DNA of 63,898 bases, filler included, from Folioceros fuciformis (GCA_049999805.1; 4 parts of 3 records of this genome joined end to end with filler, not necessarily neighbours in it); one strand, 5' to 3'; numbered from the whole stretch's first letter, positions 23,471-35,206 are shown. Notes: a model not told the origin generated them from the sequence alone. Program-made: numbers and translations.

Positions 23471-25268
23471 GTGGATGAGGAAGCTCTTTGTGTCTATAGC
23501 GCTATGCAAAAGGAAGGTTTGTCCTCCCCCAATTTTGTGACATACGTGTGTCTCCTCCATGCATGTGCAAATGTGGGGATCCCTGCCTTGGAGACGGGGA
23601 AACAGCTCCATTCTCAAATTGGAGAAGGAGGACATCAAGCTGATGTGCTCATAGCCAACAGCTTGGTGAACATGTATGCAAAGTGTGGTAGCCTACAGGA
23701 TGCTAAGAGACTCTTTGAGGGACTTGGTTAGAAAGATGTGGTTACATGGAATGCCATGATAGCAAGGTGTTCCCAATAGCGGATCGGGCAGGAGGCTCTT
23801 TGTTTGTACACCCGGATGCAAGAGGAAGGCATGGCTGAACCTAATTCTATGACCTCTGTTTGCCTCCTGCAGGCATTTGCAGGCGTTGGGATCCCAGCTT
23901 TGGAGAAAGGGAAGCAGCTTCATGAGCAAATCAAAGGACAAGGACTTGAAGCTGATGTCTTTGTGGCCAACAATCTGGTAAACATGTATGCAAAGTGTGG
24001 GAGCCTTGAGGCTGCAAGGATGGTGTTTGACACACTTGATGAAAAAGGTGTGGTGACCTGGAATGCAATGATAGCAGCATATTCCCAGCAGGGCATGGGG
24101 TAGGAAGCTTTTGACCTTTACAGCAATATGCAGGGTACTGTAGACATCACTGCACCCGATTGTGCGACGTTGGTGTGCCTCCTGTAGGCTAGTGCAAGCA
24201 TGGGGAGCCCAACTTTGGAGAAGGCAAGGCGGGTTTATGCACAAATTGGAGAGTTCGGAAATGAAATTGATGTGTTTGTAGCTAATAGTCTTGTAAACAT
24301 GGACGCAAAATCTGGCAGCTTAGAGGATGCTTAGAGAGTGTTTGATGTGCTCGGCCAAAAGGATGCGGTGACTTGGAATGCGATGATAGCAATGTATTAT
24401 GAGCAGGGCATGGACCCAGGAGGCCTTGCATCTCTACTGTGGAATGCAAAACGAGGGCGTTTTTGTGCCTGATGCGGCGACATTTGTTTGCCTCCTGCAG
24501 ACATGTGTAGATGTGGCATCTCTGCATCTAGGAAGGGATCTACACGCACAAATTGAAGAACAAGGGCTTCAAGTTGATTTGTTTGTGGCATGCAGTTTGA
24601 TAAACATGTATGGAAAGTCTAGGAGCATGGTCGATGCGCAGCAGGTGTTTGATGAGTTGTCCCAAAGGGATGTTGTCGCTTGGAATGCACTGATAGCAGG
24701 CTACGCCTGTCAAGGAGACAGTGAAGGGGTCTTTGACTTGGTGCAGAGAATGAGAGAGGACGGCATACGGCCAATTGGCGTCGCCTTCCTTAGTGTACTA
24801 ACAGTATGCAGTCACACGGGCATGGTAACTGAGGGACGGGAATACTTCGAGGCTATGAGCAAGTACTACGAGATTGCCCCCACCATGGAGCACGACACGT
24901 GCATGGTGGATCTTCTGGGCCGAATAGGCCGACTGGACGAGGCACTAGATCTTATCAAGAGCATGCCTGTGCTGCCCAATGTTGCAGTTTGGCATTCTCA
25001 TTTGGGTGCTTGTCGAAACTGGAGCAACGTGGAGGTGGGTTGTCATGCTTTCAACGAAGCAATGAAGCTGGACCAAAAAGATGCAACAGCGTATGTGTTC
25101 ATGTCAAACATATACACCGGTGCCTAGATGTGGGAGCAAGCGCATAAGATGCATGAAAGGAGAGTGAGGTGCAGGGCATGGAAGCAACCAAGTCAAAGCT
25201 GGTGGACAGGTGGGGACAGGTAGGTGCACAGCGTTTTGGTCGGGAATGAGACGCAGCCCAAGGGGTGA
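23471..25268 (+). pseudogene. PLS-class PPR pseudogene with E domain and WW-type PG box, 5'-truncated, no DYW domain
   Basis: Repeated NSLVNMYAKCGSL/VVTWNAMIA motifs, CMVDLLGR, LGACR, AYVFMSNIY, AWKQPSQSWWT. Seven in-frame TAG stops and a frameshift near 24417. Confidence 0.9.
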
Positions 25269-26344
25269 CAAAGGAAGAGACAGGCAAATATTGTTTGATG
25301 TGATGTAGGATTTATGTTGATTGTCAAAAGGCCACGGGTACTTGTGTCCGTCAAGGGAAAGAAAACGTTCACGTGCAGCAATTGAAGTAGCGATCAGGTG
25401 CCAAGCTTCAAGTTCTTGGGACACAAGAGAGAGACGGTTTTGGAAATGCTTAAAACAAAACTCTGCAAAACGATGAGAATGCTTCACTCTAGGTATTGTC
25501 GAGGCTCTAACTCTAGCTCTCAACACGAGCAAGGAACCCACTAAGAACAAACACCCCCCCCCCCCCCGGTTCCCCAACAGCCTGTAGAGAAAAACTCTAC
25601 TGTGCAGGTCCTCCGCCTACCATGAACTCACGCAAGCTTGGGCTCGAGATTCCTCTAGCTGTATCATTCACATTTGTCCAACCATGATTTTTGATCTCCA
25701 GGGTCGGGCTTGCAAGGTGGCCATAAATTCCTTACCCGACTCAAATTAACTTTCACAATTATAGCACTACCTACATGCCAAAGCGGCGGGTGATATCAAT
25801 GTTAGTACATCTCAAGGGCTCTGATCATCAGCTTGATTCGTCTAAAAATCTACATAGAAACTAGCATGTACAAGCAGCTGGTAGAAAGAAAAAGGGCTGC
25901 ATTTTTCCAACCAGCACCAATTGATCACTTAACTTGCATTGTTGAATATCATAGTTAAATGTGAGCACACATAGCATGGATGTTGGTAGCAGCTCTACGG
26001 GCTGCAACCGTCCAACACTCCAAAGACATAGATGAACCACGATAGACGTGCCAACCAACAGGCCCTCCGCAACCACTTGTGACATATGTGGGCTCCCCAA
26101 GCATAAATAATAGTCAAGCTCCAACTTTAGTGGCCTGATGAAAGGTCACTGGTGGCGAACCTCACAAATGTGAGCGAAAGCAGAAAAGGACGATCAAGAA
26201 CCTGATGGCTGTCATGGCGTCACACCCGCCACATTGCAACTTGAAACGAGACGGTGAAACCGTCACACGCCGATGCGAGTGAAGAGAACGAGCATCTTAG
26301 GACATACCTTGTGCAACAGCCTTCCCTTGAAGGCTAGAACTCAC

Positions 26345-26407
26345 AGTCTCCGAGGATGGCAACATCGTGATTACCACATCAATCTGCTCAGCTACTCCAT
26401 GAGGACA
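26345..26407 (-). pseudogene. Exon fragment resembling 3-hydroxyisobutyrate dehydrogenase
   Basis: CPHGVAEQIDVVITMLPSSET followed directly by a GTGAGT donor. DVVITMLPSS is a hallmark of HIBADH-family enzymes. Confidence 0.45.
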
Positions 26408-26496
26408 TTATGCAGCAGCGGCAAGAACCTGCTGGCTGTCGTGGCGTCACACCCGCCGCATTGCAACATGAAAGGAGACGGTGAAACCTTCACAAC

Positions 26497-26848
26497 GATC
26501 TTCATCTAGCTTTGATGATTGAATGATGTGATAGAGATCAGTGTGTAGAACGATGTACGCATCGTGGACGTTTTCCCTGGAAGCTGGAACGATAATATCA
26601 CGAATGGGGATCACATTCTCGTGATTAGTGTGGCGCAGCAGCATGATCTCCCGGAGCGTTCGTAGAGCAGTGAGATTGTTCTGAAACGCCCTTGCTATCT
26701 TCTTTTATGGCCACCTTTTCCCCTGTCTCAGTGTCTATGAAGGGGAGAATACATCACCGTAGGCCCCAATACCAACCGGAGCAATGGGTAAGTACTCGGC
26801 ATACCCTTCGAAGTCATCCCCCCGAACCGAGTAACGTGCATGATTCAT
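26497..26848 (-). pseudogene. Truncated MAP kinase pseudogene (duplicate of 33172-34245)
   Basis: [31 protein letters not shown] matches the intact copy. The YELMD codons are deleted, there are frameshifts, and everything after KLDED is missing. Confidence 0.92.
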
Positions 26849-27479
26849 CAGGATCCCTTCAAACACACACCTGCAACGTCTTGAACACAGAGCACGCTCC
26901 TACTATGATGGGCTGGCGATCGGCAGGAAGGTGAGAAGTCCGGGAGGAGAGAGCGTTGAGCTCACGCATTGCCAAAGGCGCGTCGAGAGAGGGATTACGC
27001 AACCCCGCCGACCGGACTGACGCCTGGGACGGTCACCACAATTTCCCGAGATGCCATGCAACGCGGTCTTGTTGCGTCCAACGCCTTCCGCCTCTGCTCC
27101 TTATCTTGATTTCCACTGAGTAGGCTCCCAAACAAAGATGGAATGCAGCTTGTGGCCAGTTTGTGCTCCAGGGAGCGACGCTTCAGCCAATGCAGTCTCA
27201 ATGCAAAACAATTGTTTGGCGGCCTGCTAGCTTGAACCAGCAGCATCCTACTTTTGACTGCCCCTTGCGACTTCTCGCCGCTACCAATTATGATCGATTC
27301 TCGTTTTGGCCAGGAAGTATCTAGTCACATTGGCTGTATTCTGGATTGCGGCGCCGCCAACACACCCTCGCTCTCGATCTCACTTTGTCCAGGATTGTGG
27401 CGCCGGCATCGGCTCCTTGGTCTACTATATATGTCCTCGTTCCCTCCCTAGTTTAATCATCTATTTCACAACCTACAAT

Positions 27480-28332
27480 ATGGCAGCCGCTACACCTTCT
27501 CTCATGCTCCAACTATGTCTATTTCTCCTCTGCCTTCTCCTCTCCTCTCCCACGGCCTCCCTCGCCCACCCCGAAGCTCATGACAGCCAAGGTCTGTTTC
27601 CGAAAGCAACTCTTTTACACGCCAACCTCTCTCCATCGTCGTCCATTTTTTCGTGCCTTGCTCTGCTCTTAGACTGCGTTTGTCTCCTTCTGAATTTGTG
27701 CTTGGCATATGCAGCCCTTGCAGATTTGGAGCGCGCAGTGCAGGTGTTGTACAATCACATGGGGGCATTGCCTCCGCAGTTCCTCACAGCGGAGGACGTT
27801 GCAGCAATCCGTGCTAGGAGATCCAAGCACGGCAACCGGAAGCTCATCCGTGAGTCCTAGACCACCTTACTGCCTGTCTGCCTCCCCCCTTTTCTTTCTC
27901 TTTTTCTTTTTCTATCTTTCTTTCCGGTGCTGCTAATTCTCTTCTCGTTGCTCCCTTCTTCTCCTACCTTTCCTTTGTTCAATCTCCTCATGCTCCGTTA
28001 AGGTGTTTCTTATTGCAGAATCCTGTGGCAAACCTGATATTAGTATTTTTCAGGGCCATGCGGGCCCGTCTCCTAGCGGCATTCCAACTTTTATCGTTCA
28101 GATCTCCAACTTATGCGTCTTAGACTGCTCCATTTCCGATGTGCATATTTCCTGTGGCTCGTTCTCCTCAGCCAATTTAGTCTCTCCGACCACCTTCAGG
28201 AGTATTAGTGATGACGATTACTTAGTGAATGATGGCAATCGTATCCAAGCTAGTCAGATTTTGTATTTTCAGTATTCGAATTCGTTCGAGTATCCTTTGA
28301 AGGTGAAATACGCCCGCAGCTGTAACCTCTAA
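27480..28332 (+). CDS. TPD1-like (TAPETUM DETERMINANT 1 family) secreted cysteine-rich peptide, copy B, 3 exons
   Basis: Exon 1 27480-27591 (signal peptide), exon 2 27715 (or 27724)-27849 ending NRKLI, exon 3 28019-28332 with C..DI.I.QG..P.GIPTF.VQI.N.C...C.IS.VH.SCG.FSSA.LV.P..F...LVNDG..FQYSN.F.YPL.V..C. Confidence 0.88.
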
Positions 28333-29020
28333 TGATATAACAATGTTCTTCTTTCCACAATGCAAATGAATAAATAGTGCCAGCATGCGGCACACCACTA
28401 GCATGCTTGGTTGCCACGTTCTTGTTGGCAAATATCATTCCAGGGATGGAACAATGCTGTCACAGGTCGGTCAAATTCTGCTTTGCGCTTCGCCACTTCA
28501 CTCTACACCGACCCTTTTGCAACTCCTTAGTTAGCTTTCCGCACTTGCCACTTTGGTTTGTCATCACCTCTTGTCTCCACCCTCGCATTTGTTCAGAATT
28601 TCAATTTGGCCACGGGTAGTCTAATGCTTCTAATTGTGTCCTGTATGATGCCAGACCTTGCAGGTTGTGATGGCAGGAGCAATGGAGAACTTTGCGACAA
28701 GAAGCAAGCTCCTGCGTCGTGTCCTTCCACAGCCTTTTTTCCAACATTATAGTATCGTGGAGCCAATCCCGGCGGTCGCATTGCACGCCGTTGTTTCACT
28801 GATGGTCGTTCGTTCCAGCACGCGCACAGCCTTTGTTATGGTAAATTCCCCAACTTCAAATGTGTTGGGCCGAATCTCTACAGCCACGCTCTAGAAATGG
28901 TGCGATGCTTGGTGTGTGTTTCGTTTGCAAATACATACTCGGGTCTGCTTTCGCTGCTTACTTCTATGGTACCCACTTACGATGGATTGTAGCTGATTTT
29001 ACACAGCCAACCCACCGAGT

Positions 29021-29608
29021 GTCTTAAGCTCGCCTACAAGTATACACCATACCCATATCCTTCTAGCGTGGCACACATATCTAAAGCATTAAAGTTCTTA
29101 TCTAAGAGCAAGAGTGGTCTTGGGACAAATGAGTGATAGACTTCTTTACATTAGAGGATTTTAAGCATGTTATACAAAATCTCAATACATTTGTATTCCA
29201 ACCAAACTTGAGAATGACCTTATTGCTTGCAATCCTCTCAATTAAGTAACTTTAAAATCAAATGTATTTATGTTCATGTAAGAAAAAAAGCTCAACTCTT
29301 TAAAATGACCATTGTCTATGTTAATTCTTTAGCATAGTTAAGTCTGAGGTTGCTTAAAACATTTACATGCGTCACTGCCTCATGTGACATGCCTGGCTGC
29401 TTATCGCTAGTAGCATAGGTCTAAAGCTCCCATACAGCAAACTTGGGACAACTTTCCATCGACGATCACTCTTGGGTTGATGAGTTTCCATTGGATTCCT
29501 CCAAGGACAAAAGATAATAAATACTATGTATTTTGAAGTTGACGAGTAGTAAAACTAGTATCACCAGGGTCTATCACAAACGATGAGCCGTACTTGTGGA
29601 TCCTCCAA
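29021..29608. repeat. Inverted copy of segment X (21662-22240)
   Basis: Reverse-complement match read directly. Confidence 0.9.
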
Positions 29609-29609
29609 T

Positions 29610-30250
29610 AGCTCCGTTGGCAATCTAGGAGTTAGATCCTCACTGGGTAGCCATGCAGGTTGATATTGAGAATGCTTTCAAAACCGTCTCTAGGGTCACC
29701 ATCTTCTCGGAGCTCAAGAGTGCAGGAGGTCAATTGGCAAGTCTCATCCCTTTTGTTCGCTCCTTCTATGGCTCGCCATCCAAGCGCTACTACCAACACG
29801 GCCCGACTATTCAGGGGGTCTAAGTTTTCGATTCAGCAACAAGCACAAGGCAAAGAGATCCGCTGGGGGGTGCCCTTTTTGCAATGGCGCATTTTTAAGC
29901 CTTGTCTTCTACTGCCTTAGCATTTCGGGAATATCTTTTCCTATCCGTGGTTAATGACACTCATATTCTTGGGCAAGGAGTCATAGTTTAAGTAGCATTT
30001 GATTTCTTCTCGTTAGAGCTCTCCAAGGTGGGGTTGCATGTTAAGTTGTCTAAATGTAGGGTTTCGTCCCCTTCAGGCATCACTCCTTCCCTTCAATATT
30101 CGGGAGGGGAGGAATATCAACCCCTCGCACCCTTCAGGCATCACTCTTCCCCTTCAATATTCGGGAGGGGAGGGATATCAACCCCTCATAGGAACTTAGA
30201 CTCTTGGGTGTTTCCTATAGGACCTCTTGATTTTGTTCATACGTTCATAA
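29610..30250 (+). mobile_element. Degenerate reverse transcriptase of a CRE-like non-LTR retrotransposon
   Basis: WVAMQVDIENAFKTVSR, LIPFVRSFYG, STRQRDPLGGALF (QGDPL motif), SVVNDTHILG (xADD motif decayed), GLHVKLSKC; contains stops. Confidence 0.7.
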
Positions 30251-33171
30251 ATTTAAAAGTTAAAAAAATTATAAGGAATCCCTTAAGTATTNNNNNNNNN
30301 NAGGAATCCCTTAAGTATTATAAGATCATAAATTTAAAAGTTAAAAAATTATAAGGAATCCCTTAAGTATTATAAGAAACTCCATAAGTATGATATTTTA
30401 TTGCATTTTTCGCTCTCTCACATTTTGCTTATGGTTGCACACATCATAGTTTCTAGCCCTAGTGACTAATTGGTGCCAACTGGTTTCCATGTGAAAATAA
30501 TGAAGTAGATGTTGCAAGCTTTGAAGTATTTTTCATGTCTACATTGCTAACTTTATAATTTTTGTTCTCTTTGAAAGGGCCAGACAAACTTATGTTAAAC
30601 GACAACCGGGCACTGTTAAACGACAACCGGGCACTGAAGCAACTGATAATCCACGTCTTCAAGAGAGCCAAGGCCTTGCTGGTGAAGGAGAGTTGCCCGT
30701 ACCAGTTCGCTGCTGAAAGGTGATGCTTCTAGTGAATCCTCCACCCATCGAGAGCTCGTGTTGAAGCAACAACATGACATCCAACAAGTTCCAAGGATGA
30801 GCTCCATCACCTAACTATCAAAATCACAAAACCGATTGAACACCACATACGTTCACGAGTCTCAAATAAAAGATAAAGGCAGCAGGCATGAATCTACTGT
30901 AGTGGTAAGAAACTTGAGCATCTAAGCCAATCACCTGGCCATATCACAAAAGTGCGAAAAGATACTCAACTGGTCAACATGCGGTCAAAAATCTATAAAC
31001 CGAGAAATCTATGAACGTATTTGACTCGGTATAAAAAAGCTAACCCAGAGGAAACATTCCAAGATTTGGTAGCCAGCAAGCCCACGCAAGAAAATTAATC
31101 ATGTTCTCACAAATCACTTTGTTCAATTGCAAAGTTCACATTGTGGTTGGCATACTCTATCACAACGTGACCTTCATCCCCCACTATGTCCTCCAAGTTT
31201 TTGGCTTCTTCAGGGACGTTATCACCTAGTTTCGCCTCCAGAGAAGACACTTTACCAGTAAGATAATTCTACCCTGATCATAGAATGCCCCACAGCTACC
31301 CCCGGTACAGGAACTGTCCAAGACCAAAGAGCAGAACATAAAAATGCTGAAACACACAACTCTACAAAAAACTGACGGAGTGCATACATCTCTGATAAGA
31401 TGCCTCACTCTGTGAAGGCTTCAACTCTGGGAGTCAAGAAAAGCAGGGAACCCACAGAACAAGCGCCTTTCAATTCCGTAGTACAAGAGCTACGGGTCTG
31501 GACGAAAAACGTGTTCACGTTTGGCTTCAAAGGGGTACAGCCTTATCACTGGTTGTATCAATCCCATATGACACTGGTTTGCGCAACCTCTCCCGCCTTC
31601 ACTACAAGCTACGAGCAAACCTCCTCCTCTGCAACTGGCAAGAGAATTGAGAGCTGCCCGTGGAAAAAGCAGGCCAAGCAAAGTAATCAAAATCGTCCAG
31701 GACAAGAGCAGACTCTGTATTGCTGTCCCTAAATGTTTTCACATCACCTAATGCTCGCCTAGAAAATTTTCTTCCCCTGCAGGTTCAAACTTAGAGGGTC
31801 AAGCAGCATACAAGAAATCATATATCTGAAAGTACTTTACCATACTCTATCACTGACATGTATGACCCTATCGTGGTGAAGTAGCAACATGGCAACCCAC
31901 AAAATTTCACGGTTCCGTGATCCAAAGAAGAACCTGTTGCGTGTTGCTGCATGAATGCCGATCATGACGCGACACAGGTTNNNNNNNNNNNNNNNNNNNN
32001 NNNNNNNNNNNNNNNNNNNNNNNNNNNNNNNNNNNNNNNNNNNNNNNNNNNNNNNNNNNNNNNNNNNNNNNNNNNNNNNNGTCAAGTCGAATGGCGCTGA
32101 TACCTGTGTAGAGATGAAATCGCAAAAGGCAAGTCATTGAGAAATCAGGCCACCAGTGCTCAAAGGACTAGCTTGCCATTGCCCGCCACATTTAGTGTCA
32201 GGGACGAAGAGGGAAAGCAGGAAAACTTTCTCCTTTCAGAAAGATGGTTTCAATGAAAAGAAAAGAGAACGTGATTTAAACAAAAGAGAGACGGTTTCAG
32301 AAATGCTAAACCCAACTCTGCAAAAAACTGAGGTGTCCATAAACCTCTCATAGAACGCTTCACTCTAAGTATTGTCGAGGCTCTAACTCTGGTTCTCAAC
32401 ACGAGCAAGGAACCCACTGAGAACAACCCTCCCCTCCCGTTCCTCAGCAGCCTCTAGAGAAAAACTCTACTGTGCAGCTCCTCCGCCTATCATGAACTCA
32501 CGCAAGCTTGGGCTCGAGATTCCTCCAGCTGTATCATTCACATCTGTCCAACCATGATTTTCGATCTCCAGGGTCGGGCTTGCAAGGTGGCCATAAATTC
32601 CTTACCCAGCTCAAATTAACTGGCACAATTATAGCACTACGATTCCAAAGCGGGTGATATCAATGTTAGTACATCTCAAGGACTCTGATCATCAGCTTGA
32701 TTCGTCCGAAAACCTACATAGAAACCATCATGTACAAGCAGCTGGTACAAAGAAAAAGGGCTCCATTTTCCCAACCAGCACCAATTGATCAATTCACTTG
32801 CATTGTTGAATAGCAGAGTTAAATATGAGCCCACATAGCATGGATGTTGGTAGCAGCTCTACGGGCTGCAACCTTCCGACACTCCAAAGACATAGATGAA
32901 CCACGCTAGACATGTCAACCAACAGGCTCTCCACAGCCACTTGTGACGTATGTGGGCTCCCCAAGCATAAATAATAGTCAAGCTCCAACTTTAGTAGCCT
33001 GATGAAAGGTCACTGGTGGCGAACCTCACAAATGTGAGAGAAAGCAGAAAAGGACGGTCAAGAACCTGCTGGCTGTCGTGGCGTCACACCCGCAGCATTG
33101 CAACCTGAAAGGAGAGGGTGAAACCTTCACCTCCTTACACCAAGATGCCCTAGCCAGCCATAGTTCAGGAC

Positions 33172-34245
33172 TTAGAACCGCATGTGGGGGTTTAAGACAG
33201 ATGCCTCCTTCCAGATCAATTGCTTCACATGTTCTTCTGTGAGACTTGGATGGTAGACATCGAAGTCAAAGACAGTACGACACACTGGTTCATCAGTTAC
33301 ATCATGCAGTGATGAAAGGTAGCTATGACCCAATGCTTCCTCAGCTGTGACACGCTTGGCTGGGTCGAAACATAGCAACTTTTCGGCCAAATCCCAGGCT
33401 TGAGACGTGGAATATGGGTATCTTGCCGCAAGAGGCTTTCGTTCCTGCCCTGTCAGTGCACTGTGTATTCTTCTCCGTGATTCTTCATGAGTAAGAAAAG
33501 CTAAGTCTGTGTCATCTGGTGACCCTAGAAGCTCAGTAATAAGCTTGAGATGATTCACTGGATGCTCTTGCCTGGAGCGTGTAGGGAACAAAGGCTCACC
33601 AGTGAGCATCTCTACAAATATGCAGCCAACCGACCACATATCCACCGCAGCTGTATACATTGTACTGCCCAGTAGAAGCTCGGGGGCCCTGTATGGCCTT
33701 GTGACCACATACTCCGTAAGGTTTTCATCCTCCGAGGAAGTGCGGGCCAGACCAAAATCACAGATTTTTAGTAGACAGTCATTGCAGTTAATGAGTATAT
33801 TGCTGGGCTTCAGGTCTCGATGAAGAATGTTGGCAGAGTGTATGTACTTGAGGCCGCGGAGAAGCTGATACAGGAAAAACTGACAATAATCTTCATCCAG
33901 CTTCGATGACTGAATGATCTGATAGAGATCAGTGTCCATTAGCTCGTAGACGATGTACGCATCGTGGAAGTTTTCCCTGGAAGCTGGAACGATAATATCA
34001 CGAATGGGGATAACATTCTCGTGATCAGTGTGGCGCAGCAGCATGATCTCCCGGAGCGTTCGTCGAGCAGTGAGATTGTCCTGAAACGCCCTGGCTATCT
34101 TCTTTATGGCCACCTTTTCCCCTGTCTCAGTGTCTGTGAAGGAGCATACATCACCGTAGGCCCCAGTACCAACCGGAGCAATAGGTAAGTACTTGGCATA
34201 CACTTCGAAGTCATCCCCCCGAACCGAGTAACGTGCATAATTCAT
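33172..34245 (-). CDS. Mitogen-activated protein kinase, TEY type (group A/B-like), intronless
   Basis: [36 protein letters not shown] domain [10 protein letters not shown]. First ATG is at 34245; the frame is open a few codons further upstream. Confidence 0.93.
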   Translation of the reverse strand: MNYARYSVRGDDFEVYAKYLPIAPVGTGAYGDVCSFTDTETGEKVAIKKIARAFQDNLTARRTLREIMLLRHTDHENVIPIRDIIVPASRENFHDAYIVYELMDTDLYQIIQSSKLDEDYCQFFLYQLLRGLKYIHSANILHRDLKPSNILINCNDCLLKICDFGLARTSSEDENLTEYVVTRPYRAPELLLGSTMYTAAVDMWSVGCIFVEMLTGEPLFPTRSRQEHPVNHLKLITELLGSPDDTDLAFLTHEESRRRIHSALTGQERKPLAARYPYSTSQAWDLAEKLLCFDPAKRVTAEEALGHSYLSSLHDVTDEPVCRTVFDFDVYHPSLTEEHVKQLIWKEASVLNPHMRF

Positions 34246-34949
34246 CGGGATCCCTTCAGACACACACCCGCAACGTCTTGAACACAGAGCACGCTCCTGC
34301 TATGATGGGCTGGCGATCGGCAGCAAGATGAGAAGTCCGGGAGGAGAGAGCGTTGAGCTCACGCATTGCCAAAAACGCGTCGAGAGAGGGATTACGCAAC
34401 CCCGCCGGTACCCCAACCACGCCAGAACTGCGGGACCCGTTAGCCACCCGTACACCGCCACCTGTAGTGCGTTTCTCTCAAGCACCTTCAACCTACTTTC
34501 GGACAAGGCAAAAACTAAAAGCCCACCATTTGCTGCCTTGCCCGTCGCGATCCATCATCTCCATCCAGATAAATGGAGACAGACGTACGCAACACAAAAA
34601 TTCACTGCCTAAAACGTATGGACATATATATAAAAGCAAATATCTTGCCACACTGTACACTATGTGACGAGCCTGATAGTGTCTGCGATCAGCGATGCAG
34701 GCCGTCCTTTGATGGCAGGCCTGGGAGCCCAGTCGCAACCATCTCACCGCCGGTTGCGGCCGCATGCTCTACACATAGCTCTAGAGCCCAGTGGAAAATT
34801 TACGTCCAAGAGGCTCTCCAAACATGTACCAAATTCAATTTGTAGTTGTCCAAAGATGTTCCTCCTTCACCTAACAACACTCAACTCGCTTACTTAAGTG
34901 GAATCTACTTCCTTCTTCTCCGATTTGGTGAGCCACCTGAATCTCATTA

Positions 34950-35030
34950 ATCTATTATTTATTTATTTATTTATTTATTTTAGAAAAAATAAGATGGGAA
35001 ACCCATCTACCTCTAAAGAGCTAGAAAGGG
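34950..35030 (-). mobile_element. Possible 3' tip of a CRE-like element with (TAAA)n tail
   Basis: Minus strand CTCTTTAGAGGTAGATGGGTTTCCCATCTTATTTTTTCTAAAATAAATAAA resembles the 3' ends at 22860-22950 and 52400-52445. Confidence 0.4.
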
Positions 35031-35206
35031 AGATAAACCATGATAGGGACACTAGGGGCTAAGGGGTTTATAGGTATAAGCTCACTAATGGGTTAGATTG
35101 TTTTCGGATTTGAGTGTAAGCTTGTGGAGTCCAACTAAAAATGTCACAACTCTACAATCTTTGCTATGATTCTACCAAGCACTATACACCAACTGATCGT
35201 ATTATT

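Larger units (their letters stand above)
25424..27010. repeat. Direct segmental duplicate of ~32284-34407
   Basis: Continuous high identity from AGAGAGACGGTTT to GGGATTACGCAACCCCGCCG, apart from a ~755-bp deletion and a ~227-bp insertion. Confidence 0.92.

Noticed and set aside
30245-30375. Duplicated AT-rich sequence flanking a 10-N gap
   Set aside because: Typical contig-end overlap or collapsed repeat artefact.
32794-32988. Small ORF 'conserved' with 25861-26124
   Set aside because: Similarity is explained by the recent segmental duplication; non-ATG start and differing ends.
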